A stretch of 64,000 bases of DNA from an uncultured beta proteobacterium (GCA_963734595.1 CAVTHV010000018.1:248962-312961), one strand, 5' to 3'; counted from the first letter of the stretch, positions 29,534 through 40,655 are shown. The notes: generated by a model from the letters alone, not told the origin. A program made the numbers and translations.

Positions 29534-30169
29534 ATGATGGCGGAACCAACGGGTGTTGCGGTCATCGAACCGCGCGAGAACGGGCCCTTGCGGGTGCAAG
29601 GCGTGAAGGAAATCAGGAATTCGCGCGGTGAGACGATAAAAGCGGAGGAAACGTTTTTTCTCTGCCGTTGCGGGGCTTCGCAGAACAAGCCCTTTTGTGA
29701 CGGAACCCACAAGAAAATCGGTTTTTCCGGCGCGCGCGTTTCCGCATCTGCGCCCGCGATCAAAGACTATGCCGGCGGGCAGATCACGATACACGACAAC
29801 CGTTCGGTCTGTGCGCACGCGGGGTACTGTACCGACCGTTCGCCCAATGTGTTCCGGATGAAAAAGGAGCCGTGGATCGATCCCGACGGCGATCCGGCAG
29901 ATAAAACGATCGCCACCATTAACATGTGCCCGTCGGGGGCGCTCTCCTACTCGATCAACCGGGCCGCGCAGCAGGCGGAATCGACGATGCCGTGCATTCG
30001 GATCCTCAAGGACGGTCCGTATTTCGTGACCGGCGGGCCTCAGCTCAAATGTGATGCTGCGCCGCATATCGCCGGGCGCTACACCTTGTGCCGCTGCGGG
30101 GCTTCAAAGAACAAACCGTACTGCGACGGCTCGCACTGGAACAGCGGTTTCAAGGACGACAAAAACTAA
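29534..30169 (+). CDS. CDGSH iron-sulfur domain protein (two CDGSH motifs)
   Basis: CRCGASQNKPFCDGTH and CRCGASKNKPYCDGSH. The start is ATG 29534 or 29537. Confidence 0.85.
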   Translation: MMAEPTGVAVIEPRENGPLRVQGVKEIRNSRGETIKAEETFFLCRCGASQNKPFCDGTHKKIGFSGARVSASAPAIKDYAGGQITIHDNRSVCAHAGYCTDRSPNVFRMKKEPWIDPDGDPADKTIATINMCPSGALSYSINRAAQQAESTMPCIRILKDGPYFVTGGPQLKCDAAPHIAGRYTLCRCGASKNKPYCDGSHWNSGFKDDKN

Positions 30170-30313
30170 AAGCATTGGCCACAGAGAGCACAGAGCACAC
30201 AGAGAACGAAAAAAATAATAGAAACAACGCAATAGAAGGAAACCCCGGCGCGATTTAGCTTACTGGTTTTAGTCGGGGTTCTTTCTCTGATATCTCTGTG
30301 TTCTCTGTGGCTA
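30167..30313. repeat. palindromic element, copy 7 (CACAGAGAA type), spanning exactly between two convergent stop codons
   Basis: TAAAAGCATTGGCCACAGAGAGCACAGAGCACACAGAGAAC ... CTCTGATATCTCTGTGTTCTCTGTGGCTA. The left TAA (30167-30169) is the CDGSH stop. The right CTA (30311-30313) is the LysR TAG. Confidence 0.85.
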
Positions 30314-31228
30314 TGTTTCTGACGCTGTCCGCAGCGCCTGTTCCAGCCAGCCCGGTTCCTGCAGCCGCGCGGCAAACCATTGCAGGGCTTTCCCTTTGTG
30401 TTCGGTGCGCCAGGCCAGGAACAGCGGCGCGCTGATTTTCGGCTCCTCCGTCTGCCTGATGACCAGTCTGCCGGCTGCAGCTTCGCGCTCGGCGATGTGG
30501 CGCGGCAGATTGCCGACGCCCAGCCCCATGCGCTGGGCGATGACTTTGGCGTCGAGGTCGTGGACAGTCAGGGTCTCCTGACCGGAAAACAATCCCACCG
30601 TGCGCGGCGGCAGATTGCGTGAGCTGTCGGCGACGGATACCGCGCGGTGGTTGAGGATATCGCTGGTCCTGAGCGGTTCCGGGAGACGGGCGAGCGCGTG
30701 GCCGGGCGCTACCGCGAACACCCATTCGATCCCGCCCAGCGGCCGCACGATATAGCCGCCTCCCGCCGGCCTGTCTCCGGATACGCCGATCACAAGATCC
30801 GCGCGTCCGCCGGCAAGCGCGTCCCAGCCGCCGCCCAGCACTTCAGTGAACATGCGCAGCCGCGTGCCGCATTGCTCCTGAAAAAAACTTTCCGCAAGCT
30901 CGAGTATCGCCCGTGCCGGAATGACGCCATCGTAGGCGATCCTGAGTTCCGCTTCCCAGCCGGTGGCGACGCGTTTGACGCGCGATTCCAGATCGCCGGC
31001 AGCGCGCAGCAGATTCCGTCCTTCGTCGAGAAGTTCGCGGCCTGCCGTGGTGAGCTTGGCACGGTGGCCGCGGCGGTCGAACAGCAGCACGTCGAGATCT
31101 TCCTCGAGTTTTTGCACGGTGTAGGTCACCGCCGACGGCACCCGGTGCAGTTCGTCGGCCGCCGCGGCGAAGCTGCCTTTGCGATCGATGGCATCGAGTA
31201 CCAGCAGGGCATCGAGAGACAGTCGCAT
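30311..31228 (-). CDS. LysR family transcriptional regulator
   Basis: HTH region LDALLVLDAIDRKGSFAAAADELHRVPSAVTYTVQKLE. It is divergent from the RND operon. Confidence 0.9.
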   Translation of the reverse strand: MRLSLDALLVLDAIDRKGSFAAAADELHRVPSAVTYTVQKLEEDLDVLLFDRRGHRAKLTTAGRELLDEGRNLLRAAGDLESRVKRVATGWEAELRIAYDGVIPARAILELAESFFQEQCGTRLRMFTEVLGGGWDALAGGRADLVIGVSGDRPAGGGYIVRPLGGIEWVFAVAPGHALARLPEPLRTSDILNHRAVSVADSSRNLPPRTVGLFSGQETLTVHDLDAKVIAQRMGLGVGNLPRHIAEREAAAGRLVIRQTEEPKISAPLFLAWRTEHKGKALQWFAARLQEPGWLEQALRTASET

Positions 31229-31342
31229 ATTCAAAATTCCTGACAGATACGAATGGTCATTATTCGCTATCTTTTCCGCCGCTACAAATTTAAAATTACA
31301 CCCTTTGCCTGGTTCCGGGCGAAGACCAGTTTGAGGCACGGT

Positions 31343-32545
31343 ATGCAAAATAAATCAACGATTGCTCTGCGTGCGGCGTCAATGCTGGCGTTCGCCGCGG
31401 CCTTGCTTGCTATCGCGGGATGCTCCGGCAAAAGCGGACCCCAGGCGCCGCCGCCGCCGGAAGTCGGCGTGATCAAGACGGTGGTGCAGGCGGTCCCGGT
31501 ATACGAGGAATACGTCGGTCAAACCGAGGCGGTGGATACGGTCGAAATCCGCGCGCGTGTCAGCGGCATTCTCGAGCGTCAGGCGTTCGAAGACGGCGGG
31601 CGGGTGAAAAAAGGCGATCTGCTGTTTGTGATCGATCAGCAGCCGTTCGTCGTGGCGCTGGCGCAGGCAAAAGCGGCGCTGGCGCAGGTGCAGGCGGCGC
31701 ATCTCAATTCGAAGCAGATCCTCGAGCGCGTCCGCCCGCTGCTCGCCGATGAGGCGATCAGCCAGCAGGATCTCGATGCGGCCGTCGCCAGGGAAGCCGC
31801 CGATGCGGCGAATGTCGATGCGGCCAAAGCCCAGGTCAGGACGGCGGAACTCAATCTCGATTACGCCACCATCCGCGCGCCGCGCGACGGCGTGATCAGC
31901 AAGGCGCTGATCAAGCCCGGCGGGCTGGTCAATGCTTCGACCACGCTGCTGACGACGCTGTATTCGGACGGATCCGATCTACGTGAATTTTACGTTGAGC
32001 GAGCAGAAGCTGCTCGAACTGCAGCGCGAACTCAAGCACAATCCCGGCGAGGAAAAGAGCAAGCTGCCGCCGTTTCATCTGAAGCTGGTGGACGGCAGCG
32101 ACTACAAATCCAGCGGCAAGTTGAATTTCGTCGATGCCGCGGTGGATCCCAAAAGCGGCACCGTGCAAATTCGCCTGCTCGGTGCCGAATCCGGACCGCT
32201 TGTTGCGGGCGGGACAGTTGGTGCGCGTGATTTTTCCGTCCCTGGAGAACCGCTGCAGGCCATCCGCATGCCGCAGCGGGCGGTGCAGGAGTTGCAGGGG
32301 AAACGCTCGGTTTATGTCGTCGACGCGGAGAACAAGGCCGCGTACCGGGAAATCACGGCCACGACCCGTGTCGGCAACGACTGGGTGGTCGAGAGCGGCC
32401 TGAAGGCCGGCGAGATGGTGATCGTCGAGGGCATCCAGAAAGTGCGGCCGGGGCACCGGTGAAGCCCGTCGCCGCAACGCCTGAAGCGAACGGCGGCGCC
32501 AGGCAGGACGCCGCCAAGCCCGCGCCTGCCGGGAGCGCGCACTAA
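31343..32545 (+). pseudogene. efflux RND transporter periplasmic adaptor subunit, at least 4 frameshifts
   Basis: Lipobox IAGC, then ...VEIRARVSGILERQAFEDGGRVKKGDLLFVID...LDYATIRAPRDGVIS... Later pieces (IYVNFTLSEQ, SVPNPDRLLRAGQLVRVIF, QAIRMPQRAVQELQGKRSVYVVD) lie in other frames. Confidence 0.8.
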
Positions 32546-32547
32546 GC

Positions 32548-35500
32548 ATGTTTAATTTTTTCATCGACCGCCCGGTCTTCTCGTACGGTCATCTCGCTGA
32601 TCATCACGCTCGCCGGCGGCGTTGCCGCAATCGGGCTGCCGATCACGCAATATCCGCAGATCGTGCCGCCGCAGGTGCAGGTGTCGACGGCGTTTCCGGG
32701 CGCCAACGCCGAATGTCGTGGCGCAATCGATCGCGGCGCCGATCGAGCAGCAGGTCAACGGCGCGCAAGAACATGATCTACATGGATTCGAAGAGCGCCA
32801 ACGACGGCACCTACAACCTGACCGTCACCTTCGATGTCGGCGCCAACCAGGACCTCGGCGGCGGTCGACGTGCAGAACCGCGTCGCGGTCGCCCAAAGCC
32901 AGCTGCCCGCCGGACGTGATCCGGCAGGGCATCACCATCCGCAAGCAGTCGACCGATTTCCTGAGCGTGCTCGCGCTCACTTCGCCCGACCGGCGGTTCG
33001 ACACGACGTTCCTCAGCAACTATGCGCTGCTCAACATCCAGGATGCGCTGGCGCGCATACCGGGAGTCGGTTTCGTGCGGATTTTCGGCGCGCGCGATTA
33101 CAGCATGCGCGATCTGGCTCGATCCCGACAAGATGGCGCGCCTGGGCGTGACGGCGGGCGATGTGCAGCGGGTGATTCAGGAGCAGAACGTCGTCGCGCC
33201 CGCGGGACGCATCGGCGTGCCACCGACGCCGAAGGGCTCGCAGATGCAGTATTCGGTCACGGTCCAGGGCCGGCTCACCAATGCGACGCAATACGAGAAC
33301 ATCGTCGTCAGCGCCGCGGGCAACGGCCAGATCGTGCGGTTGAAGGACGTGGCGCGCATCGAGCTCGGCGGCGCCGATTACTCCATCAACGTGCAGGAAA
33401 ACGGCCTGCCGGGCGTATTCATCGGCATTTTCCTGCAACCCGAAGCCAATGCGCTCGATGTCGCCAAGGGCGTAACCAAGACGATGGCGACGCTCGCGCA
33501 GCGGTTCCCGCCCGGCATGGTTTATTCGGTGCCCTACAGCACGACGCCGTTCGTCACCGAGTCGATGAAGGAGGTGGTGAAGACGCTGTTCGAAGCGGTC
33601 GTGCTGGTGCTGATCGTGGTGTTCTTGTTCCTGCAAAGCTGGCGCGCGACGCTGATCCCGATGCTGGTGGTGCCGGTGTCGCTGATCGGCACCTTCGCCG
33701 TATTTACGGCGCTTGGCTTCACGATCAACACGCTGACGCTGTTCGGGCTGGTGCTGGCCATCGGGATCGTGGTCGACGATGCGATCGTGGTGGTCGAGGC
33801 GGTGCAGCACCGGCTGGACAGCGAGCAGTTGTCGCCGCGCGATGCGACCAAAGCGGCAATGGCCGACGTCGGCGGCCCGGTCGTGGCCATCATGCTGGTG
33901 CTGTCGGCGGTATTCATTCCGGTGGCGTTCCTCGGCGGGCTGACCGGGAACCTGTATAAACAGTTCGCGCTGACGCTTGCGACGTCGGTGATGCTGTCGG
34001 CGGTGGCCGCGCTGACGCTGACCCCCGCGCTGTGCGCGCTGTTGTTGCGCCCGGCCGCGCATGAAAAGCCGCACGGCGTCGTCGGCCGGTTCTTCGACTG
34101 GTTCAATCACGTGTTCGCGTCGTTCACCAATCGCTATACGGCGTCGGTGGCGACGCTGATCCGCCATGCCGCGCTGGTGGCGCTGACTTTCGCCGTGCTG
34201 CTCGGCGCGCTCTACGGTCTGACTGGCGACCCGTCCGACCGGACTGGTGCCCGACGAGGATCAGGGCTACATGTTCGCCCTTGTGCAGTTGCCGCCCGGC
34301 GCATCGCTCGAGCGCACCAACGCGGCGGTCGCATCAATTGACCGCGATTGCCGAGGCGCAGAAAGGGCGTCGATGGCGTCGCCTCGATTTCGGGCTTCAA
34401 TCTGCTGACCGGGCTGTCGACTTCCTACAACGCGACGGCGTTCATCCGGATGAAGCCGTGGGACGAAGCGCAAGAGCCCGCGATCAAACCGCCGGCGCGA
34501 TCCTGCACGCGCTGATGGGCCGCTTCAACGGGCAGATCAAGGACGCCAACGTGCTGGTGTTCAATCCGCCGCCGATCCGCGGGCTGGGCACGGCCGGCGG
34601 TTTCGAGTTCGTCCTGCAGGATCGCGCGGGCGGCGACGTCAAGCAGTTTTCGCAGGTACTGCAGGGTTTTCTCGCCGCGGCGCGCAAGCGGCCGGAACTC
34701 GGTTTCGTGTTTGCCAACTACGATGACCGCGTGCCGCAAATCGAATACGAAGTCGATCGCGACAAGGTCAAGACCTTCGGCATCAGCTGAACGACGTGTT
34801 CTTCACGCTGCAGACGTTTCTCGGCGGCTATTACGTGAACGATTTCAACCTGTTCGGACGCACTTTCAGGGTGCAGGCGCAGGCCGAGGGCCAGGCCCGC
34901 GCGTATCCGGAGGACGTGAAGCGGTATTACGTGCGCAGCGCCAGCGGCGACATGGTGCCGCTCAGCACGGTGCTCACGGCCAAGACCATCAACGGCCCCG
35001 AGTATTTCGAGCGCTACAACATGTACCGTGCCGCCAGCATCAACGGCGCCGCGGCGCCGGGCTACAGTTCAGGCCAGGCCGCGCAGGCCATGGAGGAAAT
35101 CGCGAAGACGCTGCCTGCGGGTTATGACTATGACTGGACCGGTTCGACCTTTCAGGAGAAGAAGACCAGCGGGCAGACCGGTTATATTTTTGCGCTGTCG
35201 CTGCTGTTCGTGTTCCTGGTGCTTGCGGCGCTGTATGAAAGCTGGGCGATGCCGGTGGCCATCCTGCTGGTGATCCCGTTCGGCGCGTTCGGCGCCATCT
35301 CGGGGCTTGCGCTGCGCGAATTCGCCAACAACGTCTACGCGCAGGTCGGGCTCGTGATGCTGATCGGGCTCGCGGCGAAGAATGCGATTCTGATCGTGGA
35401 GTTCGCAAAGCTCGCCCACGAACGCGGAACATCGATCGTCGACGGCGCGTTGCAGGGTGCGCGGTTGCGGCTGCGGCCCGATCCTGATGACGTCGTTCGC

Positions 35501-35747
35501 ATTCATCCTGGGCACCCTTCCGCTCGCGATTGCAACCGGCGCCGGCGCCGGCGCCCGGCAGTCGATCGGCACGACGGTCGTGTCCGGCATGCTGTTTGCC
35601 ACCATGATCGGGATTTTCGTGATCCCCGTGTTTTATGTCGTGATCCAGCGCATCAGCGAGGGCAGGCGGCCGTTCCGGCACGACCCGTCCTCCGGCGGCC
35701 TGGGCGCGCCCGGCGTCGCCGCGGGCGCGGGGAACGAGGGGAGCTAG
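32548..35747 (+). pseudogene. efflux RND transporter permease (AcrB/HAE1-like), at least 10 frameshifts
   Basis: MFNFFIDRPVF start. Long AcrB-like blocks occur in ORFs 33022..34341, 34281..34790, 34796..35941 and 35457..35747 (e.g. ...GLVLAIGIVVDDAIVVVE..., ...[19 protein letters not shown]...). Confidence 0.85.
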
Positions 35748-35750
35748 AGC

Positions 35751-37219
35751 GTGAAGCGGAGCATTGTTATCGTCTGGATTGCGCTGCTGCTTGGCGCGTG
35801 CTCGCTCGGCCCCGACTACAAACGGCCCGACGTCAAGGTTCCGGATGCGTTTCGCGGGAGAGACGGCGCCGGCCGACAGCAAATCCCTCGCCGATCTGGC
35901 ATGGTGGGATCTCTATCGCGATCCGGTGCTGGAGAAGCTGATCAAAACCGCGTTGCGGCAGAACTACGATGTCCAGATCGCGCTGGCGCGCGTCGAGGAA
36001 TTCCGCGCGCAGGCCGGCGTCGCCGGCTTTGGCTCGATACCGCAGGTGTCGGCCGGCGGGAGCGCCACCCGCTCCCGCGTTTCGACCGTCGGGCCCGAAT
36101 CCGCTGCCGGGGAGCGCCGCGCCGGTGCGCACGACCTACGACGCCGGGATAGACGTTTCGTACGAAGTCGACTTGTGGCGGCGCATCGCCAATATCAACG
36201 AGGCGGCGAGGGCCGATCTGCTTGCCTCCGAGTTTGCGCGCGATACGGTCAGGGTTTCCGTTATCGCCAGTGTGGCCAACGCCTATTTCAATTTGCGCGC
36301 GCTCGATCAGCAGCTTTTTGTCACGCAGCGCACCGTCGCCACGCGGGAGAAATTTCTCGAGCTGACGCGCGCGCAGTTCAAGCGCGGCGTGGTGTCGGGG
36401 CTCGACGTCAATCGCGCCGAGGCCAGTCTTGCGACCGCGCGCGCTGCTGTTCCCCTTCTGAAAAGCCAGGTTGCCCAGACCGAAAACCAGCTGCAGATAT
36501 TGCTGGGAGAAAACCCCGCGCCCATCGTGCGGGAGGCCGTGTCGGATGCGCAGTATTTCCCGCTGCCGCCGGAAGTGCCCGCGGGACTGCCGGCATCGCT
36601 GCTCGAGCGGCGGCCCGATCTGCGCCAGGCGGAGAGCAATCTGCTCGGCGCGGATGCGCGCCTGAAGGCGGTCAAGGCGTCGCTGTTTCCGACCATTTCG
36701 CTGACGGGAAGCCTGGGATCGCAAAGCGCCGCGCTCTCCGACCTGTTCACCGGACCGGCGAGAATCTGGACGTTCGGCCTGGCCTTGCTGCAACCGATCA
36801 TCGACGTCAACCGCAACGTTTACCAGGTCGACATTTATACCGCGCGCGAGAAACAGGTGATGCTGCAGTACCAACAGACGGTCGCGCAGGCATTTCGCGA
36901 AGTGGCGGACGCGCTGGCTGACCGCCAGGGATTCAGCGAGTCCCTGCGCAACCAGGACGAGCAGGTCGCGGCGCTGCGCGCTGCCAACGAACGCGTGCTG
37001 AAACGTTACCGATCCGGTTACTCCTCGTATTTCGAGGTGATCGATGCCGACAGCGCCCTGTTCGCGGCGGAGCTGTTGCGCCTGCAGGTCTATCGGAACA
37101 CGTTGACCTCCCTGGTGCAGCTCTACAAGGCGCTCGGCGGTGGGTGGGAACCCCCGCCATCGACCATCGGCTCGAACGGTGGCGCCGGCGACCAGGTGGC
37201 GGGCGTCGCCCGAAAGTAA
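35751..37219 (+). pseudogene. efflux transporter outer membrane factor (NodT family lipoprotein), about 2 frameshifts
   Basis: GTG start and lipobox [13 protein letters not shown]. The rest lies in ORFs 35764.. and 35969..37219 (...LERRPDLRQAE...LFPTISLTGSLG...QLYKALGGGW). Confidence 0.8.
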
Positions 37220-37398
37220 CGCTGTCTTCCCCGGTGTTTTCACCAACACCACTCTTCGCGCAGGGCCGGGTGCGCGCTCAGCTGTCCTGACAGTCCCATC
37301 CGCAATTCTGGCGGTCCTACGCCTAAGCGGCTGTTTTTAATGAATAAAGATGTTCATAAAAACTGTCTATTTGTATCAAATAATTGTTCTATTAATAG

Positions 37399-37427
37399 CG
37401 TAAGTCGCGCCATATTATCGACTTACG
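37399..37427. promoter_or_regulatory. perfect 9-bp inverted repeat upstream of the pirin gene (operator or leader hairpin candidate)
   Basis: CGTAAGTCG-N11-CGACTTACG, about 40 nt before the ATG at 37465, in an AT-rich region. Confidence 0.3.
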
Positions 37428-37464
37428 GGTTCAGTAGAACTCATCAACTTTGAAGGAGAGGGCG

Positions 37465-38163
37465 ATGCTCACCTTGCGCAAAAGCGAACAACGCGGCCAT
37501 GCCAACCACGGCTGGCTCGACAGCCATCACACGTTCTCATTCGCCGATTACCACGACCCGAAAGAGATGGGCTTCGGGGCGCTGCGCGTGATCAACGAGG
37601 ACCGGGTCGAGCCGGGCCAGGGGTTCGGCACGCACGGCCACCGCGACATGGAGATCATCACCTACATCCTCGAGGGCGCGCTCGAGCACAAGGACAGCAT
37701 GGGCAACGGCTCGGTGATCCGGCGCGGCGATGCGCAGCGCATGAGCGCGGGCCGCGGCGTCAGGCACAGCGAATTCAATCACTCGCCGGACGAGGCGGTG
37801 CATTTTCTGCAGATCTGGATCGAGCCCCGCGTGACCGGTATCGAGCCGGGTTACGAAGAGAAGCGCTTCGCCGACGCGGACAAAAAAGGACGCCTGCGGC
37901 TGATCGCGTCGCCCGACGGGCGCGACGGCTCGGTGACCATCCACCAGGACGCTTATCTCTACGCGACGCTGCTGGATAAAAGCGACGCGGTGACGCACAA
38001 GCTTGCGCCGGGCCGCAAAGCCTATGTGCACGTTGCGCTGGGCACGCTGCAAGTCAACGGCACGCCGCTGAAGGCCGGCGACGGCATGAAAGTCAGCGAC
38101 GAGAGCGGAATCACTTTTGCCGGCGCCGACAACGCCGAAGTGCTGCTGTTCGATCTGGCATAG
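37465..38163 (+). CDS. pirin family protein
   Basis: [20 protein letters not shown]...[18 protein letters not shown]... Confidence 0.9.
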   Translation: MLTLRKSEQRGHANHGWLDSHHTFSFADYHDPKEMGFGALRVINEDRVEPGQGFGTHGHRDMEIITYILEGALEHKDSMGNGSVIRRGDAQRMSAGRGVRHSEFNHSPDEAVHFLQIWIEPRVTGIEPGYEEKRFADADKKGRLRLIASPDGRDGSVTIHQDAYLYATLLDKSDAVTHKLAPGRKAYVHVALGTLQVNGTPLKAGDGMKVSDESGITFAGADNAEVLLFDLA

Positions 38164-38194
38164 CGGATTCAATTTCATTTTTCAGGAGCAAATC

Positions 38195-38821
38195 ATGACG
38201 ACCAGAATTCAGGTGGTGTTTTACAGCATGTATGGGCACATCTACAAAATGGCCGAGGAAATCGCCGCCGGCGCGCGCGAGGTGAAGGACACCGAGGTCA
38301 CGCTGCTGCAGGTGCCGGAACTCGTGCCCGACGACGTGCTCGAAAAAAGCGGCGCGAAAGCGGCGCGTGCGCCGTTTGCGAAAGTGCCGTTCGCGCGTCC
38401 CGACCAGCTGGCGGAAGCCGATGCGATCATCTTCGGCGCGCCGACGCGTTTCGGCAACATGCCGGCGCAGATGCGCAACTTTCTCGACCAGACCGGCGGC
38501 CTGTGGATGAAAGGCGCGCTGATCGGCAAGGTCGGCAGCGTGTTTACCAGCAGCGCCACCCAGCACGGCGGGCAGGAGAGCACCATTCTGTCGTTTCACA
38601 CCACGCTGTTGCACCAGGGCATGGTGATCGTGGGCGTGCCGTACTCCGAACAGCGCCAGATGACGATCAGCGAGATCAGCGGCGGCAGCCCGTACGGCGC
38701 ATCGACCATCACCGGCGGCGACGGCTCGCGCCAGCCTTCGGCCAATGAACTCGCGATCGCGCGCTTCCAGGGCCGGCATGTTGCGACCATCGCAGCGCAG
38801 CTCCAGCGCGGCCGCGGATAA
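38195..38821 (+). CDS. wrbA: NAD(P)H:quinone oxidoreductase WrbA
   Basis: [20 protein letters not shown]...[12 protein letters not shown]...[23 protein letters not shown]... Confidence 0.9.
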   Translation: MTTRIQVVFYSMYGHIYKMAEEIAAGAREVKDTEVTLLQVPELVPDDVLEKSGAKAARAPFAKVPFARPDQLAEADAIIFGAPTRFGNMPAQMRNFLDQTGGLWMKGALIGKVGSVFTSSATQHGGQESTILSFHTTLLHQGMVIVGVPYSEQRQMTISEISGGSPYGASTITGGDGSRQPSANELAIARFQGRHVATIAAQLQRGRG

Positions 38822-38828
38822 GCGACAA

Positions 38829-39671
38829 ATGCGCAACCTGCCCGCGCTCTTTGTCTCGCACGGCGCCCCGACTCTGGCGCTGGAGCCCGGCGCGACCGGG
38901 GCGAGACTGCGGAGTCTGGCTGCGGCGCTGCCGCGCCCGCGGGAAATACTGGTGATTTCGGCGCATTGGGACACGGCGGTTCCGCGCGTGGGCGCCGCCG
39001 CCGCGCAAAAGCTGATTTACGATTTTTCCGGATTCCCGGACGAGCTGTACCGGATCCGCTATCCCGCTCCCGGCGCGCCGCAACTTGCGCGCAGGGTCAT
39101 CGCACTGTTGGATGAAGCCGGGATCGCTGCGGAATCCGATGCCGGGCGCGGGCTGGATCACGGCGCGTGGGTGCCGCTGCTGTTCATGTATCCGGATGCG
39201 ACGGTTCCGGTGACGCAGCTTTCGCTGCAGTCGCGGCTGGGCCCCGCTTATCATTACCGTCTCGGACAGGCATTGAGCACGCTGCGCGCGGAAGGCGTGC
39301 TGATCGTCGGCTCGGGCAGCTTTACGCATAATCTGTACGAGGTCGGCCGGCATGCCGTGGATGCGGCACCCGAGTCCTACGTCGGAGAGTTTCGCGAATG
39401 GATGCGCGCGGAGCTCAATGCCGGGCGCCTGGAGAATCTCTTCGATTACCGCCGACTCGCGCCGCACGGTGCGCGCGCCCACCCGACGGAGGAACACCTG
39501 TTGCCGCTGTTTGTCGCAATGGGTGCGGCGGGCGCGCGGCTGCAGGCACGGCACCTTCACGACGCGACGACCTACGGCATTCTGGCGATGGACATCTTCG
39601 CGTTCGGCAACGACAATGCCGGAACCGCGGCCCAAAGCAGCGATGTGCCGCATCCGCACCGGGAAAACTGA
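38829..39671 (+). CDS. class III extradiol dioxygenase (YgiD / 4,5-DOPA dioxygenase-like)
   Basis: PALFVSHGAPTLALE...ISAHW...LDHGAWVPL...GSGSFTHNL...AHPTEEHLLPL. Confidence 0.85.
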   Translation: MRNLPALFVSHGAPTLALEPGATGARLRSLAAALPRPREILVISAHWDTAVPRVGAAAAQKLIYDFSGFPDELYRIRYPAPGAPQLARRVIALLDEAGIAAESDAGRGLDHGAWVPLLFMYPDATVPVTQLSLQSRLGPAYHYRLGQALSTLRAEGVLIVGSGSFTHNLYEVGRHAVDAAPESYVGEFREWMRAELNAGRLENLFDYRRLAPHGARAHPTEEHLLPLFVAMGAAGARLQARHLHDATTYGILAMDIFAFGNDNAGTAAQSSDVPHPHREN

Positions 39672-39674
39672 AAC

Positions 39675-40655
39675 ATGGAAATGTCGAGCCTGCTTGCACA
39701 ATACGGCCTCGCGCTCGTCTTCGCCAACGTGCTGCTGGCCCAGGCCGGCGTGCCGCTGCCGGCGGTGCCGCTGCTGGTCGTGGCGGGCGCGTTCGTGGCG
39801 CACGGTCAGCTCCCGCTGGCGCCGCTCATCGCGGTCGCGATCGTGGCTTCTCTGCTCGGCGACGTGCCGTGGTATATCGCGGGCCGGCGTTACGGCTACC
39901 GCATTCTGCGCACCTTGTGCCGGATCGCGATCGAGCCCGATTCCTGCGTCAAGCAGACCGAGAACATATTCGAGCGCTGGGGCGCGCCGTCGCTGATGGT
40001 GGCCAAATTCATCCCCGGCTTTTCCACGGTCGCGCCGCCCCTGGCCGGCACCATGAAGCTGGGTTTCGGGCGGTTCGTGCTGTTCAGCGCCATCAGCGCG
40101 CTGTTGTGGGCGGGGGCGTCGATTGCCGCGGGCGCGTTTTTCAGCTCCGAAGTCGAATGGGCGCTCACGCGGCTCCAGGACATGGGCAGCGACGCGCTGC
40201 TGGTGATCGCGGCGGCCATCCTGTTCTATCTCGGCGTCAAGGCCGTCGAACGCTACCTGCTGATCCGGTTTTTGCGCATGGTGCGGATCGGCGTCGAGGA
40301 GCTGCGTCAGCTGATCACGCAAGGCGAGCGGCCGGTGATTCTCGACGCGCGCTCGGCGCTCGCGCGCCGGCAGGATCCGCGGCACATCCCCGGCGCGATC
40401 GCGGTGGACATGGTGGCGCCCGAGGCGCATCTCGCTGCGGTGGAGCCCGACCGCGACGTGGTCGTCTATTGCAGTTGACCGAACGAAGCGAGCGCGGCGC
40501 GTGTCGCCCGCCTGTTGATGGACAAGGGGTTCAAAAGGGTGCGCCCGCTCGAAGGCGGCATCGAAGCCTGGATCGCCGCCGGATGGGAAGTGGCGGTGTA
40601 TGAATCATGGATAACTGAGGAAGGAGGGGACTATGGACAAGCTCTGCGAACTTGA
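39675..40655 (+). CDS. DedA-family membrane domain fused to a rhodanese domain; in-frame TGA at 40476-40478 possibly selenocysteine
   Basis: DedA-like N-terminus (YGLALVFANVLLAQAGVPLP...). The rhodanese part reads ...DRDVVVYCS-TGA-PNEASAARVARLLMDKGFKRVRPLEGGIEAWIAAGWEV in the same frame. The part 39675..40478 is certain. The readthrough part and the 3' end (40655, overlapping doxX) are tentative. Confidence 0.55.
40494..40511 (+). promoter_or_regulatory. possible SECIS-like hairpin after UGA 40476-40478
   Basis: GCGGCG-CGTGT-CGCC(C)GC: a 6-bp stem with one bulge, loop CGUGU, starting 15 nt after the UGA. This is weak evidence in GC-rich DNA. Confidence 0.3.
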
